Origin: Phycisphaerae bacterium
Lineage (GTDB): Bacteria; Planctomycetota; Phycisphaerae; UBA1845; Fen-1342
Reading direction: 5' to 3'
DNA length: 64,000 nucleotides
NCBI GenBank assembly: GCA_963666925.2
Contig: CAXXTC010000007.1
Location: 256,001-320,000, forward strand
Each line of letters begins with the position of its first letter. Positions within the stretch are counted from its first letter, which is position 1. This document shows, one piece after another, positions 50,340 through 58,962 of the stretch. The notes under the pieces were generated by a model that worked only from the letters and a program-made list of their open reading frames with translations, was not told where the DNA came from and ran no database searches. Made by a program: the position numbers and the translations under genes.

Positions 50340-50413
50340 CGGCCAGCGCGGGCCGGCGGCGGTGGTCCAACCTGGGGGTTTCCTGTGTTCTGAAACGCGT
50401 TAGAATCCACCGC

Positions 50414-51343
50414 ATGGCGGAAGTACTCCAGGTGGTGGACGCGGCGAAGAGCTTCGGCGCTGCGCCGGCGCTGCGCGGAGCGCGGCTGCGGCTCGAAGCG
50501 GGGGAGTGGGTGGCGCTGCTGGGGCCGAACGGGGCGGGCAAGACCACGTTGGTGCGATCCATTGCCGGACGCGTGCGGCTGGATGCGGGGGAGTTGACGT
50601 TGTTGGACGCGCGCGTGGATCGGCCGGGCTCGGCGGCACGGGCCGCGCGGCAGCGTCTGGGCGTGGTGCCGCAGGAAATCGCGCTGTACGAGAAAATGAC
50701 CGCGCGCGAGAACCTGGAGATTTTCGGCAAGCTGAATGGCATGGCCGGCAGCACGCTGGCGCAGCGTATGCGGTGGGCGCTGGAGTGGACCGGGCTGGCA
50801 GACCGGGCGGGCGACCTGGTGCGGACGTTCTCGGGCGGCATGAAACGGCGACTGAACATCGCGTGTGCCGTGCTGCACGAGCCCGAGGTGCTGCTGCTCG
50901 ATGAGCCGACCGTTGGGGTCGATCCGCAGAGTCGGCAGCGGATCTGGGAGATGCTGGACGGATTGCGGCAGCGCGGGACGGCCCTGTTGCTGACCACGCA
51001 TCAACTCGACGAGGCCGAGAAGGTCTGCCAGCGGATCGTGATCATTGATCATGGGCAGACGATCGCGGACGGGACGCTGGATGAGCTGATTAGCCGAACG
51101 GTGGGGCGGGAGCGGCAGGTGACGCTCGTGCTCGATCGCGAGCCGGCGGCGGGGCAGTTTGGCGACGGATTGGAAGTTGTGGGGTCGGTGCTGCGCTGCC
51201 AGGTGGACGAGGTGGCGGTGGCGTTGCCGCCGCTGTTGGAGCGCGTGCGGGCGGCGGGCTTGAGCGTACTGGACGTGCAGGTGGCGCAGCCGAGCTTGCA
51301 CGCGGTGTTCATTCACCTGACGGGACGGGAGCTGCGCGAATGA
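50414..51343 (+). CDS. ABC-2 type exporter ATP-binding protein
   Basis: [42 protein letters not shown] end. Confidence 0.93.
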   Translation: MAEVLQVVDAAKSFGAAPALRGARLRLEAGEWVALLGPNGAGKTTLVRSIAGRVRLDAGELTLLDARVDRPGSAARAARQRLGVVPQEIALYEKMTARENLEIFGKLNGMAGSTLAQRMRWALEWTGLADRAGDLVRTFSGGMKRRLNIACAVLHEPEVLLLDEPTVGVDPQSRQRIWEMLDGLRQRGTALLLTTHQLDEAEKVCQRIVIIDHGQTIADGTLDELISRTVGRERQVTLVLDREPAAGQFGDGLEVVGSVLRCQVDEVAVALPPLLERVRAAGLSVLDVQVAQPSLHAVFIHLTGRELRE

Positions 51344-52698
51344 TCGGCACGGTGATGCGCATTTCGTGGCGGTGTCTGAAGCGCGATCGCGTGGCGCAGG
51401 TGCTGACGTTTCTGTTGCCGATCGTGTTTTTCTCGATATTCGCGGTGATTTTTGGCGGCATGGGCGGCGGGACGACGCGACGGATCCACGTTGCGGTGGC
51501 GGATGAAGATCATTCTCCGGCCAGTGCGCGGTTCATCGCGGCCCTCGAGAAGGACGGCAGCCTGAACGTGACGACCGCTCGCGGGGAGCCGCCGCAGCCG
51601 TTGACGCGGGATCAAGCGCAAGAGCTGGTCACAAGCGCCGAATTGCCGGTCGCGGTGATCGTGCGTGCGGGCTTCGCGGAGCATTTTGGCGGGTTTTTTG
51701 GGCAGGCGGGCGAGCAGCAGCAGGCAACGGTGGATTTGCTGGTGGACCGGTCGGACCCGGTGGCGCCGCAGATGATTGCCGGTCTGCTCCAGAAGGCGGC
51801 CATGACCAGCGTGCCAGACCTGCTGATGGAGCGCGGCGTCGATATGTTTGAGCAGTACGCCGGCCCGATGAGCGCGTCGCAGCGCAGCGCGATGGATTAC
51901 TACCTGGGGCTCCTGCGGGCGGAAACGGCCGCCCCGGCGACAGCCCCGGCCTCGACTACTCAAGCGACGGTTGAGCGTGGCACCGAATCGGCGAACGCAG
52001 GTGATGATGCGACCGATGACGCGGGTGCGTTCGGCGCGGGGCTGGTGCAGGTGAACGTGATCGACCTGTTCGCGGCTGATCCCGACAAGAGCCCGACGAA
52101 CGCGTTCTACGCGGCCGCCGTCGCGGTGATGTTTCTGCTGTTCACCACCACCGCGTCGGCGGGCGTTCTGTTGGAGGAAGAGCAGAACGGCACGCTCGAG
52201 CGGCTGCTGGTTTCGCGGCTGACCATGTCACAGTTACTCATCGGCCGGCTGGTTTATGTCTGGCTGCTGGGCATCGTGCAGTTATGCATTATGTTCCTCT
52301 GGGGTTGGTTGGTGTTTGGCATCAACCTGTTCACGCCGGCGCACCTGGCCGGGTTCGCAGTTATGGCGGCGGCGACATCGGCAGCGTCGGCCGGGTTCGG
52401 GCTGGTGCTCGCGACGGCCTGTCGGACGCGGGCGCAGCTCGACGGGCTCGGCACGATGCTCATCCTGGTCATGTCGGCCATCGGCGGGTGCATGGTGCCG
52501 CGCTTCGTCATGCCGGATTGGATGCAGAGCGTCGGGTTGATTACGTTTAACGCCTGGGCGCTGGACGGGTTCCAGAAGGTCTTCTGGTATGAGCGGCCGC
52601 TATGGGACCTGTGGCCGCAATTGCTCGTGCTGTTCGGGCTGGGGGGGGTGTTTGTTATGGTGGCGCGGGTTCTTTCCCGGCGTTGGGAGACGGTGTAG
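51340..52698 (+). CDS. ABC-2 type exporter permease
   Basis: N-terminal TM, large extracytoplasmic domain, [17 protein letters not shown], five C-terminal TMs; ATGA overlap. Confidence 0.9.
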   Translation: MIGTVMRISWRCLKRDRVAQVLTFLLPIVFFSIFAVIFGGMGGGTTRRIHVAVADEDHSPASARFIAALEKDGSLNVTTARGEPPQPLTRDQAQELVTSAELPVAVIVRAGFAEHFGGFFGQAGEQQQATVDLLVDRSDPVAPQMIAGLLQKAAMTSVPDLLMERGVDMFEQYAGPMSASQRSAMDYYLGLLRAETAAPATAPASTTQATVERGTESANAGDDATDDAGAFGAGLVQVNVIDLFAADPDKSPTNAFYAAAVAVMFLLFTTTASAGVLLEEEQNGTLERLLVSRLTMSQLLIGRLVYVWLLGIVQLCIMFLWGWLVFGINLFTPAHLAGFAVMAAATSAASAGFGLVLATACRTRAQLDGLGTMLILVMSAIGGCMVPRFVMPDWMQSVGLITFNAWALDGFQKVFWYERPLWDLWPQLLVLFGLGGVFVMVARVLSRRWETV

Positions 52699-52763
52699 GA
52701 CGCGGGGGCCGGGGGACTACGAAGCAGATATGTACCCGGCGCTGATCGGGTGTTGCTTGACGC

Positions 52764-52804
52764 AAAAGCACAGCGGGCCGACGGAGTTTTCCGCCGGCCC
52801 GCTG
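52764..52804. terminator. Intrinsic terminator between convergent genes
   Basis: CAGCGGGCCGACGG / CCGCCGGCCCGCTG stem at 52771-52804; TGCTTTT follows on the minus strand. Confidence 0.7.
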
Positions 52805-52836
52805 GGGTTACTCATTCAGAAACGTTCGCTGCCGGT

Positions 52837-55800
52837 CTATTCCGGCGGCTGGATGCAATTACCGTCCACCAAGCCGGCGACGAATGGATCGATATCGTCA
52901 AAGTTGACCATGTCGTTCCAGTCGCAGTCGTTGCTGCCGATGTAATTGCAGGTCGGGTTGCCGCCGTGCAGGTCGTTCCAGTTCTGCTCACCGACAAGAG
53001 CTGCGACGAAGTAGTCGATATCGTCGAAGTTGATCTCGCCGTCGCAGTTGGAGTCGCCGTGGCAGTCTTCCTCGTCGGAAGCCCGCAGGAGTATGTCCAT
53101 GCGAATGGGCTTGGTCAGATCGATGATCGGGCTCGGGGTGAAGCCGGCACCGCCGGTGACGATCCGCGCCCAGCGCTGGTCGGTTGAGTCGAGCCAGAAC
53201 CAGACCAGCAGCTCAGACTGACCGGGGTTGCCCTCGGTATCGCTGACTTCGCTGGCACTCGGCAGCGAGACCATGTCGCCGCCGGTGGAGCCTGAGTAGG
53301 TCGGCTCCTGGAAGAGCACTTCGTCGCCGACGGTGTTGGACTCGAAGTCGGCGATGACGAAGTCACTGCCGCCGTCGGCCTCGACGTTGACGACGTTGTC
53401 GACGTAGAGCTCGTAGAGACCGGTGCTGCGCTCGGCCGAGGCCGCATCGACGGCAATCGCCAGGTGTTCCAGCGTGCCGCGCGTCGCGGTGATCTCGTCG
53501 TCGCCGGTGAAGCCGACGATGTCGGTTCCGGTCGGGTCGAACGTCAGCGTCTGCCAGCTGTTAGACGGGCTGACGGCGACGCCTTGCGGAGCGCCGTTGA
53601 CGACGCCGGTGGCACCGACCCATTCGATCTCATACTCGCCGCTGGTGCTGCCTTCGGATCCGAGGGCGCCGGTGTCGCCGGTCTCGCGGATACCGATGCA
53701 GATCAGCACGTCGCCGTTGCCGGCACCGACCTCGAGCGGATTGGACGCTTCGGTTCCAACCGTGTTGGTAGCCTCGGCGGTTATGCTCTCGAGGTGGACC
53801 AGCGGGCGGGTCAGGGTAACCACGACCTCGCCGTTCTCATCGGGCGCGGTGGTGGAATAGCCGATCAGCTCCGGCGTGGCATCGTAGATCTCGACCAACG
53901 TGACGTCACTGCTGACATTCTCGACCGTGACGGTCTCGTCGCCGTCTTCGATGGGGGCGGAGATTGCGGGTTCGGCCGGGGGCTGCGGGCCGATGGGCTC
54001 GAAGCGCACCGGACCGATCTCGGCCCAGTAATCGTCATAGTAGCGGTCATAGGCGCTGCCGCCGGTGTAGGCACTGCCGACACGGGCGACCTCGTAGGTC
54101 GTATCAGCGGTGAGCTGGAGGTTCTTCAGCGAGAGCAGGCCGTCGACGTAGACGTCCATGAGCTGGCCCTTGTGCACGATGGTGAACGTGTGCCAGCCGA
54201 TCGAGCGCTGCGGGGCCTCGTATTCATCGAGGTCGATCCAGTCCGGTCCGCCGTTGCCGTTGAGACGGATGTCGTACGTTGCACCGCTGGTGTAGCCGGA
54301 GTCGTACGCGCCGACTTCGCAGAGCCACCAGTCGGTGGTCAGGTCGCCGTTGAGCTGAGCGAAGCCCTGGAAGTCATAAGCTGTGTCAACGCCGACCGGA
54401 TCGTAGAAGTGGAAGTTCCAGACCACCGGCTCTTCGAGGGTCGGGACGGTCTCGGCGAACGTCCGCGCGATGCGGTTGGCCTCGTAGGCCGGCGAATGGA
54501 CGGACTGCACGGCGCTCGGGTCATCGGTCGCGTTGCGATCGGTGTTGAGGTCGAGCCGATTGCCGTAGACCGTCGGCCACGCGGCCTCGTAGGTCGCCTG
54601 ATCGTCTTCGAAGTCGTCACCGACGATCACGGTGGTGGTCGCGGTGGTGGTGGTTTCGACGGTGGCGTCAACGCTGTCGACGCCGCCGACGGTCATTGCG
54701 GCCGTAACCAGGTCACCCTGTACCAGGGCCGGGATCGAGACATCGCAACGAGTTTCGCCCAGCGTCGGGGTTACGGTGTTGACGACGGTGTCGTTGACCT
54801 TGACGCGTACTTCGGTCGCATCGGGATCGATGATGACCGTGACCGATTCCTCGCCGGCAGCCGGGGCCTTGTACATGGTCGGGCCGGGCAGAAGTACGTA
54901 CACCGCTTCCGATTCAGGGCTGGTCAGCCCGTCGACGGTCTGAGTGGCGGTGAAGTACTGGCCGGTAGCCGCGGCCGGGAAGATATCCAGCGTCACGCTG
55001 GTGCTGATGGGGTCAACACCCTCGTCGGTGACGCCGCTGCGGTAGAGCTGTACCCAGGTGGCAGCCGGATCGATGCCGGTTACCGTTACCTGCGAGGCGC
55101 CGGGAATGATCGGCGCGACGACAGTGGGTGCCTCCGGGGGCTGCGGCGTGATGGTGTTGAAGTGTAGCGCGCCGGTGGCGACGGTGTAGTCGTCATACCA
55201 GGCGCCGCCGCCGTTGCTCGAATAGCCCGAGCCGATGGTGGCATTGGTGAATTCGAGGCCGGCGGTACGCGGCATGTTCTGCTTGGCCAGGATACCGTCG
55301 ACGTAATAGTCGATGGTGTTGGTCTTGATGGCGGCCGTCAGCACGTGCCAGCCGTTTGAAGTAGTGGGGGCGCCAGGGTCGTTCATCACGAACCAGCCGC
55401 TGGTTTCGCTCGGCCCGCCACTCAGGCAGCGGCCAGAGTAGTAGCTGCCCAACATCGAGTTGGTCTTGCCCAGGGTGACGATTTCGCCACCGTCGCCGCG
55501 CAATTCGGTCCACTGACGGAAGAGTCCGTAGTTGGAGGCGTCGTCGTAGAAGCTGATGTTCCAAATCAGCGGCTCGGTGTCGCTACCGGCGACGGAAGTG
55601 AACGGGGTTATCAGCAGACTGCGATTGGCCGCCACGCCGCTGCCGGTGTCGTCGCTGTATGCGGCTTTCTCCGCACCGGTGGTGGGGGTGGCGTTCCAGG
55701 TGTCGTCCAGTACCAGTTGGATGTCGCTGCCGGCGGTATCCGCTTCCCAGACCAGGTTAAAGGCGGCCTGGTTGGTGTATTCGAAGTTGTCGAAGAAGGT

Positions 55801-57327
55801 AGCGGTAGCGATCGTATCGGTCGTCACGATTACCGTGGCGGAAGGATCGCTGGCGGCGCCGGAGGCTTCCTGGGTCGCGTAGACCTCATCGCCCATCGTC
55901 AGGCCGCTTACCGGCACGTCGACGGAAAATTCGCCGTCCGGATCGATATTACCGACCGGGCTGTCGTTGACGTACACGACGACGTTGTCGCTGGCGGAAT
56001 CCAACCAGGTGACGCGTACGGTCGCATCACCCGCGGCGGGCAGCAGGCCGATGGCCGGCATCGGCGGAGCGACGCGCACGCCCTCGGACTCTGAGCTTTC
56101 CTGGCTGTTGATGGTCTGCGTGGCCGTGTAGGTGTCGCCGGCGGTCGCGCCGTGCGGCAGCGTGAAGTCGACGGAATCGGCGCCGGCCGGATCCACGGTC
56201 TGGTCCGGATCGGTGCCGTTGTCGACCTTCAGCGTGACCAACGTAGCCGTGCTGTCGACGTCTTCAACCGTTACGGTCGTGGCGTCGGGGAGGATCGGCG
56301 ACACGACGGTCGGACGCGGAATCGGGTCAGGGTCGGGGGCGTCGAACTGAAGCTCGTCGATCGCAACGTCGATGGTGACGGCCAGGTCGTCGACGACGTT
56401 AACGAACGCGATGTGTTCGAGGGTGCCACGCGGCGGGTCGACGTCGAGGACGCCGTCGCCGGTGAAGCCGACGATGCCGCCGCCAAGATCAGAGCTGTCG
56501 ACGATGATGTGGCCGGTATCGAGGTCGAAGGTGATCGACTTGGCGCCGCCACCGACCGGCAGGATGTACTGCGGTACGGGGACCTTGTTGCCGGCCGTGC
56601 CGAGGGTGTACCCGGCGCGGATTTCGTCATCCGTCGTCGGGGTGGTATCGAGGATACCGTCGGGGCCGGGGCTGATGATCGCAGTGCCCGGCGGCAGATC
56701 GAGTCCTGTTTCACCGATGTCGGTGCCGAGGGGGTACTCCTGGATGTCGTCACTCTCCGAATCGGCTTCGGTGTCGACGATCATGTCCTCGCCGGCGGTA
56801 ATGCCGTTGGGGGTCATGTCGACGCCGATCCACTCGATCTCGCCGCTGGTACCGCCGTCAGACATCTGCGGGACGGCGACGCCGGTCTCGCGGACGCCGA
56901 GCACCAGGCCGATGTTGCCACGGATCACCTCGCTGAAGTTGGTGATCTTGAAGCTGACGGTGCCGTCAATATGTACCGACGGGTTGGGCCAGACGTTGCC
57001 CTGGTTGGTGGTCAGACGCACCCAGGAGCCGAGCTCGGTCTCATCCACCCACTTGAAGAAGATGCGCAAGGCGCCGGCGCCATCGGTGGCGAGTTCGGCG
57101 TCGGGCCAGGCGTTGTTGTTGTCGTACGTACTCGATCCGCTGTTGGCGACGATGAAGTCGGAGGTGGAGGGGGAGAATTCCGGAATCTGGAACATCTCGT
57201 GGTAGGTCGTGTCACCGACGTTGTCGTCCCAGCCGACCAGGGGCGAGGGGTTCTGTGCCGAGGCCGCCGCTGGCAGCAGCAGCAGCGCAGCAGCACCAAG
57301 CCAGGCGAGGTATCTGCATTTCTTCAT
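52837..57327 (-). CDS. Large acidic secreted multidomain protein (about 1496 aa): duplicated permuted domain, Ig-like repeats, two ConA/LamG-like domains, C-terminal dockerin-like domain
   Basis: Signal peptide MKKCRYLAWL..ASA; repeated P..P...GD/A..VTV Ig modules; GWH..YVDG domains; GDSNCDGEINFDDIDYF..NDCDWNDMVNFDDIDPF; GGAGG RBS. Confidence 0.85.
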   Translation of the reverse strand: MKKCRYLAWLGAAALLLLPAAASAQNPSPLVGWDDNVGDTTYHEMFQIPEFSPSTSDFIVANSGSSTYDNNNAWPDAELATDGAGALRIFFKWVDETELGSWVRLTTNQGNVWPNPSVHIDGTVSFKITNFSEVIRGNIGLVLGVRETGVAVPQMSDGGTSGEIEWIGVDMTPNGITAGEDMIVDTEADSESDDIQEYPLGTDIGETGLDLPPGTAIISPGPDGILDTTPTTDDEIRAGYTLGTAGNKVPVPQYILPVGGGAKSITFDLDTGHIIVDSSDLGGGIVGFTGDGVLDVDPPRGTLEHIAFVNVVDDLAVTIDVAIDELQFDAPDPDPIPRPTVVSPILPDATTVTVEDVDSTATLVTLKVDNGTDPDQTVDPAGADSVDFTLPHGATAGDTYTATQTINSQESSESEGVRVAPPMPAIGLLPAAGDATVRVTWLDSASDNVVVYVNDSPVGNIDPDGEFSVDVPVSGLTMGDEVYATQEASGAASDPSATVIVTTDTIATATFFDNFEYTNQAAFNLVWEADTAGSDIQLVLDDTWNATPTTGAEKAAYSDDTGSGVAANRSLLITPFTSVAGSDTEPLIWNISFYDDASNYGLFRQWTELRGDGGEIVTLGKTNSMLGSYYSGRCLSGGPSETSGWFVMNDPGAPTTSNGWHVLTAAIKTNTIDYYVDGILAKQNMPRTAGLEFTNATIGSGYSSNGGGAWYDDYTVATGALHFNTITPQPPEAPTVVAPIIPGASQVTVTGIDPAATWVQLYRSGVTDEGVDPISTSVTLDIFPAAATGQYFTATQTVDGLTSPESEAVYVLLPGPTMYKAPAAGEESVTVIIDPDATEVRVKVNDTVVNTVTPTLGETRCDVSIPALVQGDLVTAAMTVGGVDSVDATVETTTTATTTVIVGDDFEDDQATYEAAWPTVYGNRLDLNTDRNATDDPSAVQSVHSPAYEANRIARTFAETVPTLEEPVVWNFHFYDPVGVDTAYDFQGFAQLNGDLTTDWWLCEVGAYDSGYTSGATYDIRLNGNGGPDWIDLDEYEAPQRSIGWHTFTIVHKGQLMDVYVDGLLSLKNLQLTADTTYEVARVGSAYTGGSAYDRYYDDYWAEIGPVRFEPIGPQPPAEPAISAPIEDGDETVTVENVSSDVTLVEIYDATPELIGYSTTAPDENGEVVVTLTRPLVHLESITAEATNTVGTEASNPLEVGAGNGDVLICIGIRETGDTGALGSEGSTSGEYEIEWVGATGVVNGAPQGVAVSPSNSWQTLTFDPTGTDIVGFTGDDEITATRGTLEHLAIAVDAASAERSTGLYELYVDNVVNVEADGGSDFVIADFESNTVGDEVLFQEPTYSGSTGGDMVSLPSASEVSDTEGNPGQSELLVWFWLDSTDQRWARIVTGGAGFTPSPIIDLTKPIRMDILLRASDEEDCHGDSNCDGEINFDDIDYFVAALVGEQNWNDLHGGNPTCNYIGSNDCDWNDMVNFDDIDPFVAGLVDGNCIQPPE

Positions 57328-57624
57328 GTTGCTTTCCTCCATAAATCGCTTCAGATCTTCCGTGCCGGGGTGCGCGAGGCAGGGTACCGGCGTGTTTCGG
57401 AGACACAGTTCATAGAGACCGATGACAAGGCAGAGTGGTCGCGGGTGTCGCGACTCGCTCCCGAAAACGGACATGCTCCGCCCCGTCGCGGGACGACGAA
57501 GCGGAGCATGTCAAAGACGCTGTTCATTGTGTTGCGAGACAATCTTCAGACCACGGCCGCGTCCCCTCAGAAACGACCAGCGCATGTTGTCTAATGCCGC
57601 GCCGCGGTCGAGACCGTCTCGAAC

Positions 57625-58320
57625 TTAGCGGCGACGAATCAGCAGACCGAGGGCCAGCAGCGCCAGGGCGGCCGGCTCAGGGATGTTGTACACGGCCAGA
57701 TCGTCGAACCACACGATTTCCTGCGAGCTGTAGCTCGTGCCGATGGAGATCGTGTCGTAGGTGTAGCCGGCGTTCTTCGAGACGACGGTGCCGAGCGTGT
57801 CGTCCACGTAGAACAGAATCTCGTTGTCCTTGATGATCGCCTGGAGCTTGCGCCACTCGGTGGTACGAGTGAACACGGAGTCGCCGGTGGTCGCGCCGAT
57901 GTCCCACCAAGTCCAGCCAGAGCCGCCGCGGCCATGGTAGTAGGTCTGGCCGTTGCTGCTGTTGAAGCCCAGCATGGCCAGGTCGTCGGTTGTGCCATCG
58001 GTGCTTCCTTCGAGGCGCACGTAGGAGCGGGTCCACCAGTGCAGCTCGTCGACATCCACCATCACCTCTAATACGAGCGGCGTGGCGTCAGTGGCCTCGT
58101 ACTCGGCGCCGAGCGCCTGACTGATCTGCCCCTTCGAGGTGAGATCGTTCGAGACGGACTGACCATCGCTGTAGCCCTTGGCCTGATCCAGCGTCTGGCC
58201 TGCGCCCCAAGCAGCGTCGAAGGCTGCCTGATCGGCATAGGAATCAAAGTCGTCGAAGAAACTCGCCATCGCGGTTGCCGCGAAGACCAGTACCACACCA
58301 AGTGCTAGTGCTTTTCTCAT
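57625..58320 (-). CDS. PEP-CTERM sorting domain protein with a ConA/LamG-like domain
   Basis: Signal peptide; C-terminus IPEPAALALLALGLLIRRR; GGAGGAGG RBS. Confidence 0.9.
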   Translation of the reverse strand: MRKALALGVVLVFAATAMASFFDDFDSYADQAAFDAAWGAGQTLDQAKGYSDGQSVSNDLTSKGQISQALGAEYEATDATPLVLEVMVDVDELHWWTRSYVRLEGSTDGTTDDLAMLGFNSSNGQTYYHGRGGSGWTWWDIGATTGDSVFTRTTEWRKLQAIIKDNEILFYVDDTLGTVVSKNAGYTYDTISIGTSYSSQEIVWFDDLAVYNIPEPAALALLALGLLIRRR

Positions 58321-58962
58321 TACGTCCTCCTCCACAGTCGTTTTGGTACAGGAATCTGAGTCACGCTCGGGTGGTCTTCCTCAATGCCTGCCCGAGATCA
58401 GATTCACCACTCCTCAACCAGAACACTCTCACAAAATCGCGGACGAGCCGCGAATACGTTCGTCTTTGATCTGCCAATCGACGTGTCGGGTCGTGCTTCA
58501 GGTCGGTGCGATCACGGCCACATGACACGTTGCTCGACCGACACCCCTATCTCATTCTCCTTCTCCCTTCACTGCTTCTTAGTATACTGCTCGGGTCATT
58601 GGTTCACAAGCATAACCATGAGTTCCCCGTAACCGGTATCGGCAGCTCCGGAGATCTATATTTTTCTGCCCCCATAATCGCGATAAGTCTTTGAATGATA
58701 TGATGTTGTGTCGGTTTCGGGCAGGCGGAACGGGGGTCAGATTTCGGCCTGGGGCGCAGATTTCGGACCGAGATTCCATTATAAAATTATATAAGCAATC
58801 GGGCGTGCGCCGGTGGGCACACGCCGTTGCAATGAGAACTGACGGCCACCATGATGAGGTCGGTTAGGGAAAGAAGCAAACGTCCCCACACCTGTTGGCG
58901 CTGTCGCCGATTGAATGTGACGCCGTCCCATGCTCGTAACTGCTAAGTCGAGGAACTCCGCC

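Noticed and set aside
58813..58832. Sigma54 promoter GGCACACGCCGTTGCA
   Set aside because: GG-to-GC spacing is 11 nt, not the strict 10.
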